This document shows positions 14,123-21,342 of a stretch of 43,984 bases of DNA, piece by piece; within the stretch, counting starts at the first letter, position 1; each line of letters opens with the position of its first letter. Source of the DNA: a virus; IMG/VR virus record IMGVR_UViG_3300037466_001599. The stretch is one strand, 5' to 3'. The notes under the pieces are model-generated. The model saw only the letters and a program-made list of their open reading frames with translations, searched no databases and was not told the DNA's origin. The position numbers and the translations under genes were made by a program.

Positions 14123-14380
14123 ATGCCTTCAGGAGTCATGGGTGCATCCCGGAGCCAGATCGTAAGCGCTGGCGGCTCAGAGCCTTCTGCGCTGGGCGAC
14201 CACCTTCACGCCTTGGCACGGCTGGCGCGCGAGTTCCGCGCTGACGCCGACCTGCGGGCGCGGCATCTGTCTTATGGCTACGTCGACGGCGAGATCAGGG
14301 ATCGGCGCCTCGACGCCTTGGCCGAGTTCGCCGAGGCGACATCTGCAATCTTCAACAGGTTTCGCGGGGAGGCCGAATGA
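14123..14380 (+). CDS. hypothetical protein (85 aa) whose N-terminus is encoded by the 47-bp repeat
   Basis: GGGGAGGG SD before the ATG. Residues SRSQIVSAGGSEPSA are identical to the N-terminus of the C5 methyltransferase. Confidence 0.55.
   Translation: MPSGVMGASRSQIVSAGGSEPSALGDHLHALARLAREFRADADLRARHLSYGYVDGEIRDRRLDALAEFAEATSAIFNRFRGEAE
14145..14191. repeat. 47-bp inverted repeat, right copy
   Basis: catcccggagccagatcgtaagcgctggcggctcagagccttctgcg is the exact reverse complement of 7971-8017. Confidence 0.9.
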
Positions 14381-14550
14381 TGATCGGCAAGCTCCGCAGG
14401 TACGTCATCCGCAAGCGCTTCCAGGCCATGGTCCGCACCTTCGATGAAGCCATCGAGGCCGCCCGCAAGGCCCATCAACCCACCCGTCACCTGATCCAGG
14501 CCAAGGCCGACTACGTGCGCGCTAGACTCGCCGGGGAGAAACCCGCGTGA
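14377..14550 (+). CDS. candidate small protein (57 aa)
   Basis: MMIGKLRRYVIRKRFQAMVRTFDEAIEAARKAH... fills the gap. ATGA overlap upstream and GTGA overlap with rusA. Below the ORF-track cutoff. Confidence 0.45.
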   Translation: MMIGKLRRYVIRKRFQAMVRTFDEAIEAARKAHQPTRHLIQAKADYVRARLAGEKPA

Positions 14551-14918
14551 GCGAGCATCCCAAGCCCGTCACCCTGACGCTGCCCTATCCGCCCTCGGCG
14601 AACCGCCTCTGGCGAGCCGTGAACGGCCGCAACATCAAGTCCCGCGAGTACCGGGACTGGATGACCGAAGCCTATGCGGCGGTGCTGCAGCAATACACCC
14701 GACCGCACCTTCCCGGAGACTACCGGATGACCATCAACGCCGACCGGCCAGACCGTCGCCGCAGGGACCTCGGGAACATCTTGAAAGCTGCCGAGGATGC
14801 CCTCGTTCACTGCGGGGTCGTCCAAGACGACAGCATGGCTCAGGGCATCACGCTCGAATGGTCGGGGTCTGAACCCGTCAAGCCCGCGCTGCTGCATATC
14901 TCCTTGGAGGCGGCATGA
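14547..14918 (+). CDS. rusA: RusA-family Holliday junction resolvase
   Basis: LPYPPSANRLW ... DRRRRDLGNILKAAEDALVHCGVVQDDS matches RusA signatures. Confidence 0.85.
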   Translation: MSEHPKPVTLTLPYPPSANRLWRAVNGRNIKSREYRDWMTEAYAAVLQQYTRPHLPGDYRMTINADRPDRRRRDLGNILKAAEDALVHCGVVQDDSMAQGITLEWSGSEPVKPALLHISLEAA

Positions 14919-15481
14919 GCGACCTGAGCCTCGGGGCGAACACCGGCGCCGGTAACTTCGCAACCGCCCGGCGCGGCGGCCTGGACGACCATGAGCGCCG
15001 GTTGATCGCCGAAAAGGCCGCGAAGGGCGTTCCGCTGAGCGCCATTGCCAAGATGATCGCGAGGCCCGTCGAGGAAGTGCGCCTCGTCGTTGGGAACGTG
15101 GCCCCGCGGGAGACATTCACACCGCCCTTGCCGGTCTGGCACCGCAAGGGTCGCGGCCTCAAGGCGATGCCGCGCGCCGCGCAGCTCGTCGTCATGGACG
15201 TGGCGGAGCGAAATGCGCTGACGGTGGAAATGCTGCTTAGCGACCGCCGCTATCGGGCCATCACGCACCCGCGTCAGGAGTGCTACGCGCTGCTCTATGC
15301 CACGGGCCGCTATTCCCTGCCCCTGATCGCCTCCTGGTTCGGCGTCGATCACACCACGGTCCTCCATGGGAGGAAGGCGTTCAGCAAGCGTCTGGAGAAC
15401 CCGAAGCCCGACGATCCGGAAAACGAGTCCATGCGCGAGTACTGGCGCTGGCTGAAACAACGCCAGAAGGCCGCCGCATGA
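14915..15481 (+). CDS. DNA-binding protein with DnaA C-terminal (domain IV)-like HTH
   Basis: RRYRAITHPRQECYALLYATGRYSLPLIASWFGVDHTTVLHG resembles the DnaA domain IV signature (R..R..amyL....t..Sl..IG..fG.rDHTTV.ha). The N-terminal half has a second HTH-like segment. Confidence 0.7.
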   Translation: MSDLSLGANTGAGNFATARRGGLDDHERRLIAEKAAKGVPLSAIAKMIARPVEEVRLVVGNVAPRETFTPPLPVWHRKGRGLKAMPRAAQLVVMDVAERNALTVEMLLSDRRYRAITHPRQECYALLYATGRYSLPLIASWFGVDHTTVLHGRKAFSKRLENPKPDDPENESMREYWRWLKQRQKAAA

Positions 15482-15723
15482 CCCTGGAGGATCGAGCCAA
15501 CCTCGCCGGCCAACTGACCAGCCACGCCTCGTTCTACCTCCTGGGCGCCACGGTCACGGAAGACCGCGCCGAGAAGCGTCGGCTGATCGCGCGGGCCTTC
15601 CGCTCATGGAGCCTGGCCGCCCGCCACATGAGCCTGCTCGAACGGCTCGCCCCCAACTGCGCCAAGGATGGCTACGACGAAGCCGCCAAGGTCCAGGAGA
15701 TTGTGGAGAGGCGGGCTGGATGA
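15478..15723 (+). CDS. hypothetical protein (81 aa)
   Basis: ATG 15478 is ATGA-coupled (MTLEDRANLAG). Confidence 0.55.
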   Translation: MTLEDRANLAGQLTSHASFYLLGATVTEDRAEKRRLIARAFRSWSLAARHMSLLERLAPNCAKDGYDEAAKVQEIVERRAG

Positions 15724-16466
15724 CCTACCGCGAGGAGATCATCGGCGACGCGACGCTGTACCTGGGCGATTGCAGAGACATCCTGCCGACGCTCGGCAAG
15801 GTCGATGCCGTGGTGACGGACCCGCCGTATGGGATCGACATTGCCGCCGGCGGGACCATCGGGGCCACTGGTCGTGGTCTGAACAGCAAGGCCAGTACCC
15901 GCCGGGCGAAGGACTACGGCGCGGCCGATTGGGACGCGGCCGGGATGTCCGCGGAGCAGTGGGCACTTATCAGCGCCGCCGCGCCCCTCTGGATCGTCTG
16001 GGGCGGAAACCACCTCGCCGATGTCATGGGCCGGTCGGCCGGCGTCTTGGTCTGGGACAAGAAATGCCAGAACGGCTGGGACGACACCTTCTCCGAGCTG
16101 GAGATCGCGTGGACGAACGCGCTGACCCGCGCCAAGGGCTTCCGCCATCTGTGGGCGGGGGCGATCCGCGCGAGCGAGCACACCGCGAATGTCCGCGAAC
16201 ACCCGACCCAGAAGCCCATCGCTCTGATGGAATGGTGTCTCGGCTTTATGCCAGGGGCGCGCACGATCTTGGACCCCTTCGCCGGTAGCGGCACCACGGG
16301 CGTCGCCTGCGTGCATAGCGGTCGTGCCTTCATCGGCTGCGAGATCAGCCCGGCCTACTTCGACATCGCCTGCCGTCGCATTGAGGAAGCCTACCGGCAA
16401 CCGCGCCTGTTCGATGAGCCCCCGCCCAAGCCCATCCAAGGCTCCATGTTCGGGGATGCGGCGTGA
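15720..16466 (+). CDS. beta-class DNA methyltransferase (N6-adenine or N4-cytosine; CcrM-like motif order)
   Basis: DPPYG (motif IV) precedes HPTQKP and ILDPFAGSGTTGVAC (motif I). ATG 15720 is ATGA-coupled. Confidence 0.9.
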   Translation: MTYREEIIGDATLYLGDCRDILPTLGKVDAVVTDPPYGIDIAAGGTIGATGRGLNSKASTRRAKDYGAADWDAAGMSAEQWALISAAAPLWIVWGGNHLADVMGRSAGVLVWDKKCQNGWDDTFSELEIAWTNALTRAKGFRHLWAGAIRASEHTANVREHPTQKPIALMEWCLGFMPGARTILDPFAGSGTTGVACVHSGRAFIGCEISPAYFDIACRRIEEAYRQPRLFDEPPPKPIQGSMFGDAA

Positions 16467-16720
16467 AGTTCGAGTACGACTTTATCCCGGCCTCTGTCCG
16501 CGATTGGGAGATGGTCAAGGCTGCGCTTCTCAACGAGACGGGCTGGACCTGTCACTACTGCGAGTGTCGGCTACGTTGGAGGCGGTCGAGCATCGACCAT
16601 CAGATCCCGCGCGTCCAGGGCGGGACGAACCACTACGCTAACCTCGTTATCTGCTGCCAGAGCTGCAACAGCCGCAAGGGCGGGCGAACAGTTGCGCAAT
16701 GGGAAGGCGAGGACGAATGA
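16463..16720 (+). CDS. HNH endonuclease
   Basis: CHYCE...IDHQIPRVQGGTNHYANLVICCQSCNSRKG. Confidence 0.8.
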   Translation: MKFEYDFIPASVRDWEMVKAALLNETGWTCHYCECRLRWRRSSIDHQIPRVQGGTNHYANLVICCQSCNSRKGGRTVAQWEGEDE

Positions 16721-17619
16721 GCGTCCAAGCACTGTCCTGCGCCATGGCTATCCGGGGCATCAGCGCCTCGGAAAAGCTGCTGCTGCTCGTACTGGCCAAC
16801 TTCGCGGACGAAGCTATGGGCTGCTGGCCTTCGCACAAGCGCCTGGCTGACGACACCGGCCTGACCCAGCGCACGGTGCTGACCCTGCTGAAAGCCCTGG
16901 AGGACAAGAAGCTCATCAGCCGGACCGAGCGCCTTCGCGCCGATGGATCGCGGACGACCGACAAGATCACCCTGCACTTCAGTGGGGAAATCATTTCCAC
17001 ACGTGGGGAAACCATTTCAGGGGGTGGGGAAATCGGCGACACGGGGGTGGGGAAACCAACAGCAGGGGGTGGGGAAATCATTTCACCCCTCACTACGTTT
17101 GAACCATCCACTGAACCATCAAAGGAACCGAAACGCGCAGACGCGCGCGACCTCGCCAAGAAGATTTGGGAATTTCAGCCCAAGATCGGCGACAAGCGCC
17201 GGTCAACCCAGCCCGACGTCAAGCGCGCCCTGGATGCCGCGATCAAGCGCGGCGGCGATCCCGAGGACATCCTGGCTCGGTGCCGTGGATATTACGCCCT
17301 CCCGGCCAGCAAAAAGAACGGCGGCGAGTTCGCCATGGGGGCCGAGCGGTTGCTGCAAGCCGACCGCTGGCGCGAGTTCGAGCCGATCGCGGCGGCGAAG
17401 GTGGTCAAGCTCGACCCGTTCCCCGACCCAGAGATACGCAACGCCGTCATCACCGCCAAGGGCGAAGCGTGGGCTGCATCCTGGCTGGACCCGTGTTCCT
17501 GGGAGCCTGAGCGCCGGGTGATCGTGCCCCGCAACGGCCTGGCCGCCCAGAAGCTGCGATCCGAGGTCATGCGTGTTCTGCAAGCCCGCCAAGCCACGAT
17601 ACAGGAGCTAGCCGCCTGA
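16717..17619 (+). CDS. replication initiator-like winged-helix protein
   Basis: N-terminal SASEKLLLLVLANFADE...WPSHKRLADDTGLTQRTVLTLLKALEDKKLI is typical of phage HTH replication proteins. Iterons lie inside the gene. ATG 16717 is ATGA-coupled. Confidence 0.65.
   Translation: MSVQALSCAMAIRGISASEKLLLLVLANFADEAMGCWPSHKRLADDTGLTQRTVLTLLKALEDKKLISRTERLRADGSRTTDKITLHFSGEIISTRGETISGGGEIGDTGVGKPTAGGGEIISPLTTFEPSTEPSKEPKRADARDLAKKIWEFQPKIGDKRRSTQPDVKRALDAAIKRGGDPEDILARCRGYYALPASKKNGGEFAMGAERLLQADRWREFEPIAAAKVVKLDPFPDPEIRNAVITAKGEAWAASWLDPCSWEPERRVIVPRNGLAAQKLRSEVMRVLQARQATIQELAA
16983..17079 (+). repeat. five iterons TGGGGAAAYC (putative ori) inside the initiator gene
   Basis: Copies start at 16983, 17004, 17025, 17048 and 17070 (spacing 21, 21, 23, 22 nt). 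They are translated as the GEIIS/GETIS/GEIGD repeats. Confidence 0.6.
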
Positions 17620-18221
17620 TGGCCCAAGAGCCCGATGACCTTGAGGAGCGCATCGAAGCCTACCTTGTCGGCGGCTGGGGTCGTGTCCCGCGTCGCGCTC
17701 GCCAAGGCGAATGCGAGTGGTACGCGATCCGTACGCTTGCCACGCGCGAGCACCACGCCGCTGCAGGCTTGGCCGAACGCGGCTTCACGACGTTCATCCC
17801 TATGGCGACTGAGTGGCGGGGCAGGCCGAGGGAGCGTGTGAACGAGCCTGTCCTGCCGGGCTACGTGTTCGTGCTCTGCGACCCCGAGGATTTCGCTGAG
17901 CTGCACGGCGTTGATGGCAATCTCGGTTTCGTCCGCTATCAGCGCGAGGATGGCGCCGCGTGGCCGAGGGCCTTCCCTCTGGACATGATCCTGGAGCTAC
18001 AGATTAGCGAGCGGTCGGGCGTTTTCGACAGCACGCGAACGATCCGCTATCGGTATCGTCCGCGCAAGGGCGAACAGGTGAAGATCACCGCCGGCCCCTA
18101 CTATGGCTTTGTCGCCAAGGTGCTCGCCACACCGCGCGGCGATCGGTGCAAGCTGCTGATCGAGTGCTTCGGGAGTCCGCGACACCGAACGGAAGATGTA
18201 GTGCACCTGACTGCGGCATAA
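17619..18221 (+). CDS. NusG/RfaH-family transcription (anti)termination factor paralogue
   Basis: NGN-like WYAIRTLATREHHAAAGLAERGFTTFIPM...PVLPGYVFV and KOW-like GEQVKITAGPYYGFVAKV. Confidence 0.8.
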   Translation: MAQEPDDLEERIEAYLVGGWGRVPRRARQGECEWYAIRTLATREHHAAAGLAERGFTTFIPMATEWRGRPRERVNEPVLPGYVFVLCDPEDFAELHGVDGNLGFVRYQREDGAAWPRAFPLDMILELQISERSGVFDSTRTIRYRYRPRKGEQVKITAGPYYGFVAKVLATPRGDRCKLLIECFGSPRHRTEDVVHLTAA

Positions 18222-18230
18222 TACCACCTA

Positions 18231-18259
18231 TTGACGCCACTCCGAAGCGTGGGTATATC
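18231..18259 (+). promoter_or_regulatory. putative sigma-70-type promoter for late transcription
   Basis: TTGACG (18231-18236), a 17-nt spacer, then TATATC (18254-18259). The -10 sits in the loop of a 9-bp inverted repeat, CGAAGCGTG 18243-18251 / CACGCTTCG 18271-18279. Confidence 0.5.
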
Positions 18260-18489
18260 TGGCCTAATGTCACGCTTCGCGTGGCGGGACGACTGGCTGT
18301 GGGCATTGCGCCCTCCGAACAGGAGCCCAGCGGGCAAGGCCAATCCCCGAGGGACCGGGCACGACGCCGGACCTCAAGTGCGAAGCCGTGACCGACTCAT
18401 TATGCCGCATCGCCCTCGGGCGAGCCGAGCCAGGCAAGCGGCCCCAGACAGCCCGCCCAGACACAACAGCACCTCACGCCTGACAGGCC

Positions 18490-18816
18490 TTGCGCAACGC
18501 GGTCTGCGAGCGGGCTACCTCTTCGGAGCTTTCGCATGTGTCCAGGAAGCGAACGCTCCCGTCCGTCCTGACATCGGTCCCGAAGGTCACGGCGACACCG
18601 TACCGGGTGAAGCGGGCCGGAAGGATCTGGAACGTCTGGAAGTTCGTCGGCTGGGGGAAGGGCGGATGGCTTCTGATTGAGAAGCTGAACGGACCTGACG
18701 ACGCGCTCCAGTTCATCCTGCGAAGGCATGGGCTGGAGGTTGAGGAGCCAGAGCCGATCAAGGTTCAGATGGTCGTGTACGGCTTTCCTATTTGGGATGC
18801 TTACGGGGGGATTTAG
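18490..18816 (+). CDS. possible hypothetical protein (start uncertain; GTG 18607 is an alternative)
   Basis: The C-terminal half WKFVGWGKGGWLLIEKLNGPDDALQFILRRHGLEVEEPEPIKVQMVVYGFPIWDAYGG is protein-like with fairly high GC3. No convincing SD. Confidence 0.35.
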   Translation: MRNAVCERATSSELSHVSRKRTLPSVLTSVPKVTATPYRVKRAGRIWNVWKFVGWGKGGWLLIEKLNGPDDALQFILRRHGLEVEEPEPIKVQMVVYGFPIWDAYGGI

Positions 18817-18891
18817 GGCCTCCCGGAGTTGCCCTGCGGCGACGGCTTCGCCGCTGCCACTGAGTGTCGGGCTATCTGAATTGGAGCGCTG

Positions 18892-19083
18892 ATGGGTCGA
18901 GTTCTCCGCCCAGTCTTCGGCAAGGTCTGTGAGGAGTGCGAGGAGCAAATCCCTCCCGCTCGCATCCGCAGTCACCCGCTCGCCCGGCGGTGCGTCGAGT
19001 GTCAGCGCGCGGTGGAGATCAAGAACATGCGTGCGCTTCAGGGCGCCGGCGACAATGACATCGTGATCCTGAGGCGAACCTGA
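18892..19083 (+). CDS. TraR/DksA-family C4 zinc-finger protein
   Basis: CEECEEQIPPARI...ARRCVECQ. Confidence 0.7.
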   Translation: MGRVLRPVFGKVCEECEEQIPPARIRSHPLARRCVECQRAVEIKNMRALQGAGDNDIVILRRT

Positions 19084-19271
19084 TGGCCGACTATCCGGAG
19101 GAGGCGGTGCGCATCGTCGCTCGCGCCTGTTACGAGGCGCAGTGGGAAGAGGGGTTTGATGACCTCAATCCCGCGGGCATCGAGTACGCGATGGCGATGC
19201 AGATCGGGCGAGCGGCGCTCGATGCAATGCGGTTGCTGGCAACGTGGCATCAGGCCGTCGCCGCCGCCTGA
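19083..19271 (+). CDS. hypothetical protein (62 aa)
   Basis: ORF track, TGATG coupling. Confidence 0.55.
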   Translation: MADYPEEAVRIVARACYEAQWEEGFDDLNPAGIEYAMAMQIGRAALDAMRLLATWHQAVAAA

Positions 19272-19306
19272 CACCACAGGTCGTTCGTCCTGCCCCGGGA
19301 GGGCCC

Positions 19307-19552
19307 ATGCCTTCCGACCCCTACATCAACACCATCACCTGTTCCCCCACCTGCGTCTCCATCACTCAGCAAGCTCCCATGTGCACCTGTGGCGCGCTGA
19401 ACAGATGGATCGCAGCTTACTCGGGCGACCCGATGCAAGAACACATCCACGTCCCCGCCGACTACGACGACCACATCCACCAGCCGGCATGGAACGAGCC
19501 GAGCCGGAACTCCGGAGGCCACTCCGATGCTCTACAACAAGAAGACCCCTGA
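19307..19552 (+). CDS. hypothetical protein (81 aa)
   Basis: ATG 19307 follows GGGAGGG. Confidence 0.5.
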   Translation: MPSDPYINTITCSPTCVSITQQAPMCTCGALNRWIAAYSGDPMQEHIHVPADYDDHIHQPAWNEPSRNSGGHSDALQQEDP

Positions 19553-19706
19553 GCAGCTAACCGGCGAGGAGCTGGACGAAGCCCAGGCCAGTTGCCTGCA
19601 AGGCATGCTCGACGCCCACGACCACTATAACATCAACAAGGCCGCGTTCCTCGAACTCCAGTGCGAACAGGAGCGACGGGAAGCCGGGGCGACGAAGGTC
19701 AACTGA
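19527..19706 (+). CDS. candidate small protein (59 aa)
   Basis: MLYNKKTPEQLTGEELDEAQ..., with GGAGG 9 nt upstream. The stop overlaps the TerS ATG. Below the ORF-track cutoff. Confidence 0.45.
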   Translation: MLYNKKTPEQLTGEELDEAQASCLQGMLDAHDHYNINKAAFLELQCEQERREAGATKVN

Positions 19707-20062
19707 TGGCGCGCCCGAGTGAGTACGACCCGGCTTTCTGCGAGGTAGCGGAGGAGACCCTGGCGAAGGGCTACAGCTTGGCGGTCCTGGCTGGCGAACT
19801 CAGCGTGACTCGCCAGACGGTGGACAACTGGCAGAACGCCCACGAAGAGTTTTTTGACGCCATAAAGCGGGGCAGGGCTCGCGGGGCCAAGGTCTGGGAA
19901 GACCGCCTCGGAAAGCTGGCGGACGAGAACGCCGGCAATGCGACGGCGATCATCTTCGGCCTGAAGAACCGCTTGGCGGAGGATTGGCGCGACAAGACCG
20001 AGACCGAGCATTCGGGTGACCTCACCGTGACCAAGATCACCCGCACCATTGTCGACCCTTGA
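19706..20062 (+). CDS. terminase small subunit
   Basis: MARPSEYDP...GYSLAVLAGELSVTRQTVDNWQNAHEEFFDAIKRG...FGLKNRLAEDWRDK is a typical HTH small-terminase pattern. It sits immediately upstream of TerL. Confidence 0.75.
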   Translation: MARPSEYDPAFCEVAEETLAKGYSLAVLAGELSVTRQTVDNWQNAHEEFFDAIKRGRARGAKVWEDRLGKLADENAGNATAIIFGLKNRLAEDWRDKTETEHSGDLTVTKITRTIVDP

Positions 20063-21341
20063 CATACCCACGGCGCGCGTCTTCCGGCCGCTCCTGGATC
20101 AGGCTCGATACAAGGCAGCCCACGGCGGGCGCGGTTCGGGCAAATCACACTTCTTCGCCGGCCTCATGGTCGAGCGGGCATATGCGGAGCCGGGTTTTCG
20201 CGGCGTCTGCATCCGTGAGGTCCAAAAGGACCTGAGCGAGAGCGCCAAACGGCTTTTGGAAGACAAGATCCAGGCGTTCGGCCTCGGGGCTCACTTCGAT
20301 TGCCAGCGGGCGCAGATCGTCACGCCCGGCGGCGGGGTGATCATCTTCGAGGGGATGCAGGACCACAACTCGGAAAGCATCAAGTCCCTGGAGGGCTTCG
20401 ATGTGGCCTGGGTCGAGGAAGCGCAGACGCTTTCGGCAACCTCGCTCGGGATGCTGCGCCCGACGATCCGCAAGGCCGGGTCCGAGCTGTGGTTCTCGTG
20501 GAACCCGACCCGTGAAACGGATGCGGTGGATCAGTTCTTCCGAGGCGCGGCCAGGACGCGGCGCGCGGCGCTGGTCGAGGCCAATTGGGCGGACAACCCG
20601 TGGTTTCCCGTTGAGCTGGAGGAGGAGCGCGTCGAGGATGCGGAGCTGCGCCCTGAGCAGTACGACCACATCTGGGGCGGGGGCTATCGCACCGTGACCG
20701 AGGGCGCGTACTACGCGGCGGCGCTCACGGCGGCGAAGAACCAACAGCGCATCGGCAACGTCACGCCAGACCCGCTGATGTCGGTTAGGGCGTTCTGGGA
20801 CATCGGCGGCACCGGCGCCAAGGCCGATGCGTGCGCCATCTGGATTGCTCAGTTCGTCGGCCGCGAGATTCGCGTGCTTGACTACTACGAGGCCAAGGGC
20901 CAGCCGCTCGCGACGCATGTGGCCTGGCTCCGCGAGCGCGGTTACGCCAAGGCGCTGTGCTTCCTGCCGCACGACGGGGCGACGAACGACAAGGTGTACG
21001 ACGTCTCGTACGAGAGCGCGCTGCGCGATGCGGAGTTCGCGGTCGAGGTCGTTCCGAACCAAGGCAAGGGCGCGGCGGCCAAGCGGATCGAAGAGACCCG
21101 GCGCCTGTTCCCGCGCATCTGGTTCAACGAGGCGACCACGGCGGCGGGACGCTCGGCCTTGGGCGCCTATCACGAGAAGAAGGACGAGGCGCGCAACATC
21201 GGCCTTGGTCCCGAGCACGATTGGGCCAGCCACGGCGCGGACGCCTTCGGCCTGATGTGCGTAGTCTACCAGGAACCGCGCGTGAAGACCGACGAAGGCC
21301 GATCACGGCCACAGCAACGAAGCTGGATGGGGAGGCGCTAG
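20049..21341 (+). CDS. terL: terminase large subunit (PBSX-like family)
   Basis: Walker A GGRGSGKS near the N-terminus. Size and position fit. TTG start. Confidence 0.9.
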   Translation: MSTLDIPTARVFRPLLDQARYKAAHGGRGSGKSHFFAGLMVERAYAEPGFRGVCIREVQKDLSESAKRLLEDKIQAFGLGAHFDCQRAQIVTPGGGVIIFEGMQDHNSESIKSLEGFDVAWVEEAQTLSATSLGMLRPTIRKAGSELWFSWNPTRETDAVDQFFRGAARTRRAALVEANWADNPWFPVELEEERVEDAELRPEQYDHIWGGGYRTVTEGAYYAAALTAAKNQQRIGNVTPDPLMSVRAFWDIGGTGAKADACAIWIAQFVGREIRVLDYYEAKGQPLATHVAWLRERGYAKALCFLPHDGATNDKVYDVSYESALRDAEFAVEVVPNQGKGAAAKRIEETRRLFPRIWFNEATTAAGRSALGAYHEKKDEARNIGLGPEHDWASHGADAFGLMCVVYQEPRVKTDEGRSRPQQRSWMGRR

Positions 21342-21342
21342 T

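Noticed and set aside
16983-17079. Short regularly spaced repeats that could be mistaken for a mini CRISPR array
   Set aside because: The repeat core is only about 10 nt with 11-13 nt between copies. The repeats lie inside a coding sequence and no cas genes are present. An iteron interpretation fits better.
18400-18975. 191-aa minus-strand ORF across the late leader and the TraR-like gene start
   Set aside because: It has no motifs or SD and a mixed-composition, shadow-like sequence. It overlaps the TraR-like gene and the candidate ORF 18490..18816.
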